DNA from: Ruditapes philippinarum
Lineage: Eukaryota
NCBI RefSeq assembly: GCF_026571515.1
Contig: NW_026857357.1
Location: 248,001 to 312,000, forward strand
Direction of reading: 5' to 3'
DNA length: 64,000 nucleotides
Positions 23,517 through 34,670 of this stretch are shown here, in pieces. The notes under the pieces are model-generated. The model did not search any database. It was not told the DNA's origin and worked only from the letters and a program-made list of their open reading frames with translations. Both the position numbers and the translations under genes were made by a program. Each line of letters begins with the position of its first letter. Within the stretch, counting starts at the first letter, position 1.

Positions 23517-25560
23517 GTAAGTAATGTTCAGATTATCAGTAGTGTTAAGTGAGTAATGTTCACAATGTCATTAGTACTTAGTAAGTAATGTTCACAATGT
23601 CAGTAGTGCTTTGTAAGTAATGTACATAATGTTAGTAGTGTAAGTGAGTAATGTTCATAGTGTCAGTAGTACTTAGTAAGTAATGTTCACAATGTCATAA
23701 GTACTTAGTAATGTTCACAATGTCATAGTGCTTTGTAAGAAATGTTCACAATGTCAGTAGTGTTTGGTAAGTAATGTTCACAATGTCAGTAGTCTTAAGT
23801 GAGTAATGTTCACAATGTCAGTAGTGCTTTGTAAGTAATGTACACAATGTCAGTAGTAATAAGTGAGAAATGTTCACAATGTCAGTAGTACTTAGTAAGT
23901 AATATTCTTAATGTCAGAAGTGCTTTGTAAGTAATGTTCACAATGTCAGTAGTACTTTGTAAGTAATGTACACAATGTCAGTAGTGTTAAGTTAGTAATG
24001 TTCATAATGTCAGTAGTACTTAGTAAATAAGTTTCACAATGTCATAAGTACTTAGTAAGCAATGTACACAATGTCATAAGTATATAGTAATGTTCACAAT
24101 GTCAGTAGTGCTTTGTAAGAAATGTTCACAATGTCAGTAGTTATTATTAAGTAATGTTCACAATGTCAGTAGTGCTTTGTAAGTAATGTACACAATGTCA
24201 GTAGTGTAAAGTTAGTAATGCTAACAATGTCAGTAGTGCTAAGTAAGTAATGTTCACAATGTCAGTAGTACTTAGTAAGTAATGTTCACAATGTCAGTAT
24301 TGAATGTAAGTAATGTTCACAATGTTAGTAGTGTTTAGTAAGTAATGTTCACAATGTCAGGAGTGCTTTGTGAGTAATGTTCACAAGGTCGGTAGTTATT
24401 AGTATGTAATGTTCACAATGCCAGTAGTGTTTAGTAAGTAATGTTCACAATGCCAGTAGTGTTTAGTAAGTTTTGTTCACAATGTCAGTAGTGCCGAGTG
24501 AGTAATGTTCACAATGTCAGTAGTGCTTAGTGAGTAATGTTCACAATGTCAGTAGTACTTAGTAAGTAATGTTCACAATGTCATTAGTACTTAGTAGGTA
24601 ATGTTCACAATGTCAGTAGTGCTTTGTAAGTAATGTTCATAATGTCAGTAGTGTTTAGTAAGTAATGTTCACAATGTCAGTAGGGTTTAGTAAGTAATGT
24701 TCACAATGTCAGTAGTGTTTAGTGAGTAATGTTAACAAGGTAAGTAGTAATTAGAATGTTATGTTCACAATGCCAGTAGTGTTTAGTAAGTAATGTTCAC
24801 AATGTCAGTAGTGCTTAGTGAGTAATGTTCACAATGTCAGTAGTACTTAGTATGTAATGTACACAATGTCAGTAGTGTTTAGTGAGAAATGTTCACAGTG
24901 TCTGTCAGTAGTACTTAGTAAGTAATGTTCACAATGGCAGTAGTGTTTAGTAAGTAATGTTCACAATGTCAGTAGTGCTTAGTGAGTAATGTTCACAATG
25001 TCAGTAGTACTTAGTAAGTAATGTACACAGTGTCAGTAGTGTTAAGTGAGTAATGTTCACAGTGTCAGAAGTACTTAGTAAGTAATGTTCACAATGTCAT
25101 TAGTACTGAGTAGGTAATGTTCACAATGTCAGTAGTGCTTAGTGAGTAATGATCAAAATGTCAGTAGCGCCTAGTGAGTTATGTTCACAATCTCAGTAGT
25201 GCCTGGTGAGTAATGTTCACAATGTCAGTAGTTCTTAGTGAGTAATAATCACATTGTCGGTAGTTATTAGTGAGTAATGTTCACAATTTCAGAAGTGCTT
25301 AGTGGGTAATGTTCACAATGTCAGTAGTGATTAGTGAGTAATGTTTACAATGTCAGCAGTGCTTAGTAAGTAATGTTCACAATGTCAGAACTGCTAAGTG
25401 TGTAATGTTCACAATGTCAGTAGTGCTTAGTGAGTAATGTACACAATGTCAGTAGTGCTTATTGAGTATTGTTCACAATGTCAGTAGTGCTTAGTGTGTA
25501 ATGTTCACAATGTCAGTAGTAATTAGTGAGTAATGTTCACAATGTCAGTGGTTGTAAGTG
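23517..25560. repeat. 32-bp minisatellite (GTAAGTAATGTTCACAATGTCAGTAGTGCTTA)n, ~64 copies
   Basis: TGTTCAC recurs every 32 nt (e.g. 24251, 24283); units are moderately diverged. Confidence 0.97.
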
Positions 25561-26540
25561 GTAACATTATAGCAGTAGTGTATGAATTATGGTCGTCAAG
25601 TTTAAGAAGTGAATTATGTAAATTAACTGAGCTTCGTATGAGTAAATTATGTTCATGAACAGGGTTATTGTTAGTAAGTAGTGTCTACAGTCAGTTGTGT
25701 TCAGTGAATGATGGTCGCAAAAGTGTCGATATGAAATGAGAAATGTTCACAATGCAATGGCTGGTAAATTATGTTAAACCCACTAAATTCCATATGTGAT
25801 GCGTTAATGTATAAATGGTCACACGCTTTGACTGAAAGAAAAAAGTTTAGTGTTTTCTTTCGTGTTCTTTTTATTATTTTCTTTCAGTTAAGAATGAGTT
25901 TCATATAGATTTTCAATATCACTCACTGCTTCAATTGACAGGCTGACAAATCCTCATAGATTGTATAGAATAATTCCCAGCTGTTACCGAATGAAACAAA
26001 AATGTGTGCGGGGTTGATTAGAAAAATAGATCCAGAATACGTTCCTCGTGAGGGGCTGATCAGTTCACACACGATGAACTGATAAATGATTGAAATCAAT
26101 AACACGGATTGCGTTTAGTCAGTTAAGTTTGTTTACATGTTGTTCTCAAAATAACGAATTGAAAAACATTAATATCAATTTGTTTAATTGCATGTAAAAT
26201 AGAGGTTAAAGAAAAGAATGTCACTTGTTAAGAAAACATTTAATGGCGATGTATTTTAATGGTGGAATATTGTGTAAATGCCATACGGTGCATATTCTAA
26301 TATAAGTGAAGAATGGGTTTATTGTTAAACCATATAATTTACGAAGATCAGATTGGAAAACTAGACCCATTATGAAGTGTTGATAATCGGACTTGCTATT
26401 TAATTGTAAAATCAAAAATCGATTCTATATCATATTTAAGTATATATAAGTGCACGACCTGTGGCTTTATAATACCATATCGTTCTTATATCTTATAATC
26501 AATTCAAAAGTTATAGCGCAGACGACAATAAATCTTCATC

Positions 26541-29500
26541 ATGATTAGGATTTGGCAATCGATGTGTAGTTTAAAATCTCAGAGAAAGTATCTATTTTAC
26601 ATATGTGTTTTATGCCTTGGTGTGTTAACCTTACAAGTCTCGCTATTCTGCGAAATCAATGCTAATTATGATAAAAAACGAATTGAAAAAAGAAGGTATG
26701 GACTTATGCAGGGATATTTAAAACCAGAGTCAAGGTCAGTGATAAATGTTGATTTTACTGTGAATAATGTCCTTGATCATATGACAAATGTCCGGCGCGG
26801 ATATTTTGGGAATGAAAATTTTACAGACAAAATGTCGGACTTTGTTAAGAACTACACTCTTCAAATTCATAAACAAGAGCTTTTGCGAGTAATCGTGATG
26901 CCACATTCGCACAACGACCCCGGTTTTAAGAAGACCTATTCAGAACACCCCGACCAATCAACAGATACTATTTTGTCATTAGCCGTCGAGAAACTGTTTC
27001 AATACCCTGACATGGCGTTTGTCTGGCCAGAAACTTGCTTTATTCAAAGATGGTGGAAAAATCAAAATGATACAACCAGGAATAAGTTAAAACAATTAGT
27101 AAAATCAGGCCGTCTGGAAATTACTTCCGGCGCTTGGGTCACACCGGATGAAGCTACGCCGCACTATTTTGCGTACTTAGATCAGCTGATTGAAGGTCAT
27201 TTTTGGGTCAAGCAGCATCTAGATGTAACACCAGTTGCATCTCTTGACATGGACCAGTTTGGCTATTCTTCAACTGCAAGATATTTATTGAAAAAGGCAG
27301 GAATAAAATATTCTGTGGTTAAACGAGTTCACATGGGAATGAAAGAATATCTTATGAAAACGAGGTTGATGAATTTCTACATGAAAACTCCATTTGATTT
27401 ATATGAACAAGGAATTTTCACACAGGTATTTTAATAAACTGTATTGATAAAATCACGTTGTACTAAGCAGTGTCTATTTTGAAGGGTATTGAAGACCTTT
27501 TCCCCCCATCATAGGAGAAAGTCATTTTTAAAGTTTTCTTTGTGGCAAACAAAATAGGCTTACATTGTATGACATAGCAATAGCATAATAGAAGAGAGTA
27601 TCTATGGTGGCTGGTTTGTAACATGTCGTTTTTCCCTCCGCTGAGCGCCAGACGAGAACACGAAAATACAACAAAATTACGACTTATAATCGTATTATCG
27701 TGTATTCACCTTGCTCCCCGCGGAGCTGAAGTACGACAAATTATTGTCTTTGTCATATGTACGAGTTTTTGTCTGGCGCCCCTCGGAGCAAAAATACGAC
27801 ATGTCATAAATCAGCCACCATACATATTTGAGAATACTGCACAACACACTGTAAACCTTTTTTTCGATTTATTAAAAACTTATACCATGCCATGTAAAGT
27901 AATTAAATGTATCATGAAAAAACTGAAGGCTATATATACGAGCAATAATATATGTCTAAATATAGAAAAAAAGTAATCAAAAAGAAAGAATTTCGGTAAT
28001 TTCTCCACTCAAAGTAAAGCGCCCGGTTCAAAATGATACTATCTATTCAAAACAATTATCAATGGAGGATACTTTACACCCAATGGTTATATTTCATTTT
28101 CAGCTCGACCATTATAATTAATATACATGGGACGAGCAATCCGTGTCTAGGGCATATCACAGCTATCTTAACGATAATATCCAAAAAAAATACACGCTAT
28201 AATTACAATGTATAGTACAAATAAACTTGTTCTATATAGAGCGTATTTTTTGGATATTATCTTTAATATTGGTTATATTGATAGAATTTCAAGTTCCTGT
28301 GGTCCTATATATAGTTAAGTTTTACGTAACAACCCCACTTATTCTTTACATTTGAGGTACTAGTATTGCTTTGAAACTATTACCAACATCCCAACATCTA
28401 GGCAAGAGGACATTGCCTTGTCATGGATATTGACCTATTTTTATTTAAAATTACGGTTAAGTTTTCCGAACCACCAACAAAAATGTCGGTTACGTTTTCC
28501 GTCTTTCCCCACTTTCTATACGTGTACACTTTGATCGAGGTGCGCGTATTGCTCTAAAGCTTACCATACATAATAGTGAGCATCAACCCCGCTTTCAGGC
28601 AAGAGGACAAAACTTTGACAAGAATTTTATCAAAATTATGCACAATTTTTTAAACAGTCTAATTCAACATTACCTTGTATTTTAACACAACAGGAAACAT
28701 TTTCACTTAGGTAAGTCGCTAATTTGTTTCGAGTTAGTATTACTCAACCATGTATTCCATTATATACCTAAAACGTTTTAAAATCAATTCTATCTTTGAA
28801 GGTTGAACCATACGAATGGCTAAGTTTTCCTGACAGTTGTGGCCCATCTAGAGATATATGTGCTGATCTTGATTTTGGACATGACGTCACACTTCCGGAT
28901 CCGGGTACACCGGAAGCAAACAAACCAATAAGGCTTTTAAATCACCATTACAGAAGCCTTTCATCGTTCGCAGACAAAGTTGTGCAACAACTGAAACGTA
29001 AAAGTAGATCGTTTCTGCATAATGTTTTGCTTCTACCACATGGCGATGATCTAAGGTATGGGACAGGTTATGAATGGGACAATCAGTATCGCAACATGAA
29101 GATTCTGATACAATACATTAATTCTAATCAAAACTACAACGTCAGAATGAAGTTTGGTACCCTGAAAGATTTCTTTACCGAGTTAGAAGAACGATCAGAG
29201 GTCAACTTCAAGTTCCCGGTTGTTAGTGGAGATTTTTTCCCATTTACAACCGGCAACGAGTACTGGAGTGGATTTTTCACAACGAGGCAATATTTGAAAA
29301 GACTCGGTCGCGAACTTCAGGAGTCTGTTCGTGCAGCCGACATTCTAGCTGCTTTGGTTATTTTAAGCGGACATGTTCATGAGATGTCGCGTGAAATTCT
29401 GACTTCAGTATTAGAACAACTGGTAGGTGCTAGAAGAGAACTTAGTGCGTTTCAACATCATGACGCTATAACCGGCACGTCACGCACACATGTCGTGAAA

Positions 29501-31201
29501 GGTTATGAAAATAAGTTGTCGTCTGCTTTGTCTGTGACGCAGCAGATCATGGCGTTCTTAATAGAAGTAATTCTTTTCAACGCTTGTAGTTTTAGGGATA
29601 AAGAGAATACTAGATGTGGATATCAGAAGGAAAATAGAATGAAAGACGGCAATACTCTAAGAACATCTGTATATGTTTTTCCCGCGTCTGTTCAAAAAGT
29701 GTCGGATGTTGAACTTGCATTTAATTCAAAGACAGACTATAGTTTAGTTTTATACAATGATTTTACTCAGGAAAGAGACGAAATTGTGGAGTTTTTATTT
29801 TCTAGTCCATATATATCAATATCGGATTATACATCAGGGAAAAACTATAGCTTTGATTATCTCTGGCAAGGTGAAATGGTGCATATATTCTTCAAAACAA
29901 GTTTACTTCCTTTAAGTATAACTACATTCAAAATTTTAAAATCACATCAAACATTTTTAGGAAAATCTATGAACATAAATCATTTTGATGTAAGTGATAC
30001 AAACTTTACTCTCTGTGAGAACAGTCAAGTGAATGTCACGTTTTCTTTATCTGACGGTTCACCGCAGGAAATTTGTTACAAAATAGAAAATTTCTGTGAA
30101 AAAATAAGAATTGATTGGAGACATTACCGACAAAGTGGCGGAGCATATTCTTTGTCTTTGAGTAACGAAAGTGTAAATTTGTTAAAATCGAATTTAAAAG
30201 TGCGCATGATATCTGGAAGCAAGCAATGCACTGTTGAGGTTTCGCATGACACGATTAAAATTGAATATGTTCTGAAAAATACTATCGGTCTAAATGGCCG
30301 ATATTTACAAGTGAATGTTCACACTGATCTGTCGCGAGCCAACGCAGGATATTTTGTTGGAGAAATTTCAATGAGAGTTGTCACTACCATCAACAATAGC
30401 GATATATTTTACACAGATTCAAACAGTTTACAACTTCTAGAACGGAAATACAGAAAAACCATGCCGTTCTCATCAAACGTTTATCCAATTTCGTCAATGG
30501 CCGCCATTAAAGATGGTTCCCGTATTTTAAATATACACACATCTCAGCCTCATGGAGCAGTATCATGGGAACCAGGTATTGTAGATCTATTTATAGACAG
30601 AGTGGCGCTAAAAGCGGAATATGGCCTTTGGCACGAAGTGAAGGACAACAAATTTACGTCAACAAAACTATATCTTCAGTTCGAATCGTGTACAAATTCA
30701 AATTCTGATTCAAAATCGGAGAATTTCGTACCATCTTTTGAAAGCTTGATAATAAACGATTTAGTTCAACATCCATTAAAAAGCTTCTTTTCTATAAAGG
30801 ATGTACCCCTAGAAAAAACCTCAGTTGGATTTTTACAAAGCAGTTTACCATGTGATATTACAATAGCTAATATGAAGTGTTTATGCCAAGATAATTTTGA
30901 CCTTGAGGGTGTTTCGTTGACCTTGTTTCGTAGGTTGGCAACGCGTTGTGATACTATACCAACAAAATGTGGCATTCCGGCGAAATATACAATGATTAGT
31001 CCAGACTCATTATTTATCAACAATCCGGGTAAAAACTTCACAGTAAAAGAGATGTCTTTGACGCATCTGAAAGTGAAGAAATCTCTAACTCAGTACGAAA
31101 TTGTTCCATTCGAAGAAATGGATTTAAAGACATTTTTATTTGTAAAAAATCCTCGTGTTAAAATGAAGAGAGAACGAAACAAAACAAATATATTTGTATA
31201 G
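26541..31201 (+). CDS. Golgi alpha-mannosidase II-like protein (GH38), type II membrane, divergent two-exon paralogue, ~1094 aa
   Basis: Exons 26541-27425 (CAG|GTATT) and 28802-31201 (AAG|GTT), phase 0. N-terminal signal anchor YLFYICVLCLGVLTLQVSLF; GH38 motifs PHSHNDPG, GAWVTPDEA, DMDQFGYS (nucleophile), HGDDLRY (acid/base), YWSGFFTTR and FQHHDAITGT. Confidence 0.93.
27603..27822. mobile_element. ~220-bp fold-back MITE in the mannosidase intron
   Basis: Termini TATGGTGGCTGGTTTGTAACATGTCGT and ACGACATGTCATAAATCAGCCACCATA are inverted complements; pairing continues inward (GCGCCAGAC / GTCTGGCGC). TA at both ends. Confidence 0.8.
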
Positions 31202-32484
31202 CCTGACATACATTTTATTATACTATATTTTTTTAAATAGGTGCTGTTTTAGATTAAGAGATTGATATAACAGATGGATAAGAAGCTTTTACAGAAGACA
31301 ATGTTGAGATTGACGACCAGAATCCTTTGCGTGAGCTTATCTGGCGTTTGGTGTTGTTCGATTTCCGCCATCTTGTTTTAATGTGGCAAACATTTTGAAG
31401 ATTTGTGTTATTGAAGGAGTTTCGATATTTTTGATTTTACAAACGTATAGATGCAAAAAAGTATAAGTCATTTTACTTTTAAGTTTCGCCGCAAATTAAA
31501 AATGGCGGAATAGAGAAATAGAGCAGAGAATATGAGTTCGCTTTAAAATACTTTACCAGATTTATACTGACGTCACAGCTTTGTCTTCTATGGCTTAAAA
31601 TAAACAAAAAGTGAACACTCCCTCTGTACCTTTCTAACTAAAGTTCAAGCCAAAGGTTTCTTATGTACACTACTAAAACACAAACAAACAAAGAAACAAA
31701 ACATATAGTCCAACACATTTTGCCTCTTTGGTATAATTAAAATGTATTTTATTGTTTGATTCATGTGAAATTTCGTATCAATTTGTCACCTTCTATGAAT
31801 TGACCAAAACAAACTACAACGTCAAATACTAGATCGTAGTTTATCGTATATGTTGCAATTGCCCAAGAAAAATACTCTTGATATAATATCAATCTAATAA
31901 AAGGCGTTTCTTCTCTCAAACATATTTATGTAGCTGATCTTAACATAATCCTGTGATCTTAAAAGATAATTTATCAAGTATGAACTTTTAAAGGCAAGTA
32001 AGCATGGATATCGGTATAACCGATGGATGAAACACCTTTTTCTCAACGCCAAATCAACATGAAACCAAACGCCAAATCAACATGAAACTAAACTTAATCA
32101 ACATGAAACTAAACCTAGGGAAAGTTGTACTTGCCTGGTACGAACATACCAAAATAATATACCAGTCAATAAAAGAAGGTACTTTGTGACTTTGTAAACT
32201 GACGTCGAATAAAGAGATAAAGTTAACATAAAAATTGTTAAAAAAGATTCCGAAAACAACAATGCAAATAGGTTAAATAAAAATGGCTTCTTTCATTGTG
32301 ATATCGGTGAAGGGTTGTCATATTTTACCAGATTATCTTTTATTCGTATGTTTGCAGATAAATAACCATGAATGAACCATGAATGATACATTTCTAAATG
32401 TTCTTTGTAACAAAAATATTTTAACCATTCGCCACATCTCATCAAATATAGTTTTCATTGCCGTCGTATAATTATAGTACCAAT

Positions 32485-32948
32485 GTTGTCGACACATTAA
32501 GCTGTTGTCGACGCATTGAGCTGTGATCGACGCATTGAGCTGATGTCGACGCAATGAGCTGATGTCGACGCATTGAGCTGTGGTCGATGCATTGAGCTGT
32601 GATCGACGCATTGAGCTGATGTCGACGCATTGAGCTGTTGTCGACGCATTGAGCTCTGGTCGATGCATTGAGCTGTAATCAACGCATTGAGCTGATGTCG
32701 ACGCATTGATCTGTTGCCAACGCATTGAGATGTTGTCGCCGCATTGAGCTGTGGTCGAAACATTGAGCTGTTGCCGACGCATTGAGCTGTTGTCGACGCA
32801 TTGAGCTGTGGTCGACGAATTGAGCTAATGCCGACGCATGGGGCTGATGTCGACGCATTGAGCTGTTGTCGACGCATTGAGCTGTGATCGACGCATTGAG
32901 CTGTTGTCGACGCATTGAGCTGTGATCGACGCATTGAGCTGTTGTCGG
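32485..32948. repeat. 19-bp CpG-rich minisatellite (GCTGTTGTCGACGCATTGA)n, ~24 copies
   Basis: Directly visible tandem array; source of the three spurious minus-strand ORFs. Confidence 0.95.
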
Positions 32949-33129
32949 GTTTTTTGATTGTACGGTGTGATTCTGTTCCGAATGTTAGATGTACCAAGTG
33001 ATGTATTGATTTTGCCTGAATTTGTTAAACTTGAACTCTACTTTTTACTTTTCAGATTCTACAAATGTAAATTTGATATGGAATTCAAATACCATTAACA
33101 TTTAATATAAAAAAAGTAAATGTTGTTGA

Positions 33130-33530
33130 TGCTTGCTGTCTATTTGGCTATGCTATCTTCGTTCTAGTACACTTGTATGCTTTTTGACTATGCTATATTC
33201 AAGTACACATGCACATACATATTTTGACGTTGCGCGGAAAAGTTGTGGTAATCGCCCTATCACCGTGATGCATATGCTTTTAAGGTATGCTATCTTCAAG
33301 TACGCGTATGTGCTATTTGACATTGTTATTTTCAAGTACACATGACTGTATGCTATTTGATTATGAGATATTCAAGTACACATGTATGTATGCAATTTGG
33401 CTAATTGTCTTCAACTACACATGATGTTCACTATGTTATCTTCTAGTACGCATGTATTTTATTTATCCTTGTTATTTTCAAGAACACATGTGTGCTATTT
33501 GACTATGTTGTCTTCAAGTAATCATGTATT
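33130..33530. repeat. Degenerate tandem repeat (TATGCTATCTTCAAGTACACATG-like units)
   Basis: Recurrent TGCTAT..TTCAAGTACAC(A)TG motifs at roughly 35-40 nt spacing, heavily diverged. Confidence 0.6.
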
Positions 33531-34670
33531 CAAACAGTCTGGAGTTCCTTCCCCTTATAATACTTTCCGTATTGAATGTAGGCAGGGAACCAGTATAACA
33601 AAGTTATATTTATTATTTCATTCGTAACTTCCTATACAGTACTTTATTTATAATGAATGCATTTTTGTTACATAAATATAAAGCATGCATATTAAGAAAT
33701 TCTAAAAGAAAATGCTTTTTTTCATGTACAGTCTGTATTTGAAAAACTTGTCAATACTGGATCTATCTTAATCATTTTATTTTTTTAATCATAGTGTTGC
33801 TATTGTCATCCGCGCTATGAAGAACTAAGAGAAGTTAATCAAATTACATAAATTTCAAAAGAAAAACTTATTTATCATATAAATATCTTAAAGGATGAGC
33901 ATATGTGGGAGACTATAATAAATAAATTCTATATGAATAGATGAAAAATAAATATACACATGAATAATTTTCTTTCTTTAAAAAACAAAAACAAAACAGA
34001 AAAAAAATATTTAAAAAAACAACAACAAAAGCTTACCACAGTCTAGTTTTTTTCCAAAATTATTTCTTTATTTTTTGTTTATAGCACTGTAATAGGTACT
34101 TTTCCTCCCCCCTCCCCCATCTTAGAGTGAGAGCAAGTTTAAGTGCGTGGGTGGGTTTGTTTGATGGGCACGTGAATGCATGCACGTGGATATATGACTG
34201 CGATCACGTATATAGAACTGTATTTATACGATTCTAAGGACACTTCCAACAGCGAGCCAATTTTAGATATGACGGTGCCATTTTGTTTTTAGCAGTTAGC
34301 ACAATACCGAACTTAACAATGTTGGTTCCATGTTATCCAGGTGGTTGCCTCCCCTTAATTATATTTACAAATTGAAATAAAATATGCCCCATAATTCTTA
34401 TGTAACAGGTAACGCAATAAAATTGATTTTCGATATTTGTGGAAAAAGGTTAAATTTCAAAATCCTAAAGTTATCAAAGTGAAATGCGCACCGATATATT
34501 TATCGATATATCATCCACTATTAAAACAAAACTAAATCTTTAAATCTTTACTTATCACATTTTACCGAGATAACGGACAATTACGTGACCAAGACAACAA
34601 TCTACATTTACCACAAAAGTCTTATCATTTTTCTGTTAATTTTACTTCAAAATCAGGCTTAAGACTGAAA

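Noticed and set aside
23517-25560. Possible CRISPR-like array (32-bp period)
   Set aside because: Head-to-tail tandem units with no unique spacers, no cas genes and a eukaryotic context.
28173-28261. Small AT-rich inverted repeat in the mannosidase intron
   Set aside because: Probably an internally deleted MITE remnant; too short and low in complexity to assign.
32333-32997. Overlapping minus-strand repetitive ORFs (149, 166, 78 aa)
   Set aside because: A 19-bp unit cycles through all frames; this is a non-coding minisatellite.
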